From Antedon mediterranea (Eukaryota > Animalia > Echinodermata), in assembly GCF_964355755.1 (NCBI RefSeq), contig NC_092670.1, positions 18,834,795 through 18,898,794 of the forward strand: DNA of 64,000 bases, read 5' to 3'. Position 1 is the first letter of the stretch. Each line of letters opens with the position of its first letter. The notes under the pieces were generated by a model. The model was given only the letters and a program-made list of their open reading frames with translations. It was not told where the DNA came from and made no database searches. Below, piece after piece: positions 62,208 through 64,000 of the stretch. Both the position numbers and the translations under genes were made by a program.

Positions 62208-63267
62208 TTTTATATCTTTGTTTATTTTTGTAAATGTTGTTGTTAACCATACCTTGATGTTAAGGTGAATGTTAATAAATTTGAATAGTTATTGTAACAT
62301 CATGTTATTCTATCATCGTCATCATTATTACTGTTAACATTTGTACTATGTTGACTTGTGGCCTTTAAAAGGTGTATTTAAAACATTTAGTACAAGCAAA
62401 CATCATTTAAGATTTAGCTTCCCTATCGATGGCTTTAAATTGTTAACATATTGTTCATGTTATTTACTTAATTAGGTACAACACATGGGAACCATTGGAC
62501 AATCTTCTCGACGACTGCTTAATTGATGACTTCCTTTTAAGGTATGATGACGTCATTACACTTATGTAAATGTACTTTATTTAATGAACTTTTTGTGATT
62601 TAAATCTTTATTTGATAGTCATCGACAATCTCTGTACGTTTAAACAAAATACACATACATTACAATAAAAATTTATTACAAGAGGACACATGAATTTGTA
62701 AGATTTGATTTGGGGAGTTATCAGGAAGCAAAAATGGACATTTTGTTCCACTCTAGTTAGGCCTATTTACCATCATTTCAGCTGCTGGTTATATCTATTT
62801 TTAAAGGGCACTTCAGAAAAAGGTTGGTTCGTTCGAACGACCCACACTCCCCGGCCCTTGCGAACTGACTTCGAATTTAAACTCAGAATCATCCACAAAT
62901 ACATACACTTTTACGCGTGCAGCGTTCAAACGGTTAATAGTACGGATTTTACGCAAGTCAGCGTCGTGGCACAAACGACAAAGCGTACGTCAGTGTCATA
63001 TTGCGATAATTCTCGTTCAATCCATGTATTTAATATACTTGTAATTGTACTTGAATGAGTATTTTGACTAAACTGTTTCATCTTTCATTTATTGTCGGTG
63101 TCTTTACATATCAGCTTTCAGTGAGCGTTCATCCGTGATAGTGTCGTTAGTGCGTTGAAGGACTTGTAATGAGTTTAGCTTGGCACGATCGTTGAATTAA
63201 TTAGGTACGATGCTGCGCGCCATGGTTATAGTCAATGAAAACGATACGTGACCGGTGCTACAATAAT

Positions 63268-63630
63268 ATTATAAGACTGATTATTGGAGATTGCTACGAA
63301 ATCTGTATTTCGTTGACATTTTTAGTTTGAGAGTTGAAAAATAAACAAACAAAAATATGAGCAATTTGTTCGCAATTTGTACAGTGTTGCCCCTTATCAT
63401 ATCGTCACCGGTCGAGTATTATGATTATTACTCGTCGGAGACGTAGTACCAGTGAACACACAACCAAAAAGGAAACTATTTTATGATTCATTGTTCTAGC
63501 GTTTATTATGTGATTATTATATGATTATTATAAGACTGATTGTTGGAGATTAGTACGAAATCTGTATTTCGTTGACATTTTTAGTGTGAGAGTTTAACAT
63601 AGGCCTATAAACAAAAAAAATATGAGCAAT
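63268..63630. repeat. Direct repeat of about 95 bp
   Basis: attataagactgatt.ttggagatt..tacgaaatctgtatttcgttgacatttttagt.tgagagtt at about 63268 and 63526. Confidence 0.8.
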
Positions 63631-64000
63631 TGGATATTTAAATTAATTTGTTTGCAATTTGTTATCACATCGTCATTTCGGGTTCTCACAAAATGATGCC
63701 GTTTTCTAAAACAAAATGGCAAATGAATTCTTCTGCTTTTTAGACGTGTTTATCACGTATTTATCTTACATGGAGAAATTCTTCATAGATTAATTTTGTA
63801 TTTCTGTTTTATTTACCTATATATATTTATAAATTTATATTTTCATGCATTATGAATGCATTTTATAGTGAATAAATAAATGGCCGAATGGCCCCAAGGA
63901 AAAAAACCTGTAGGCCTATTTCCGTAGGCCTACATTTCCTGATAAAATAGGCCTCTAATATCATTATCTTTTATGTTTTCATTATGTATCAAGTGTCCAC

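Noticed and set aside
52709-64000. Further protein-coding genes or a Pc-box exon downstream of CBX
   Set aside because: Only short AT-rich ORFs and TE remnants were seen by eye. Small exons could have been missed.

Overview
AT-rich, intron-containing animal genomic DNA. An echinoderm-like invertebrate deuterostome is my inference from gene content, repeat types and TAGGCCTA enrichment. The first 34 kb is a compact gene cluster: NTAN1 (+, 10 coding exons), a U2 snRNA gene (-) head-to-head with SNU13 (+), UBE2O (-), RPS15A (-) and a head-to-head HEATR9-like gene (+). The remaining 30 kb is mostly non-coding. It holds one Polycomb-type chromobox (CBX) gene (+, 45773-52708) with an intact chromodomain but no visible C-terminal Pc box, surrounded by many perfect CRE palindromes. 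Repeats include two MITE families, ISL2EU-like and pogo-like deletion derivatives, tRNA- and 5S-derived SINEs, LINE and LTR remnants, and a DINE-1/Helentron-like element. The most notable observations are: (1) five 19-46 bp CATRGAG...CTCYATG hairpins, each between exact 7-bp target duplications, resembling P-superfamily excision footprints; (2) a tandem-duplication junction giving two versions of the NTAN1-SNU13 interval, one with and one without U2; (3) the Pc-box-less CBX; (4) candidate splicing-regulatory structures in SNU13 and RPS15A introns. All exon calls were made by eye and no searches were run.
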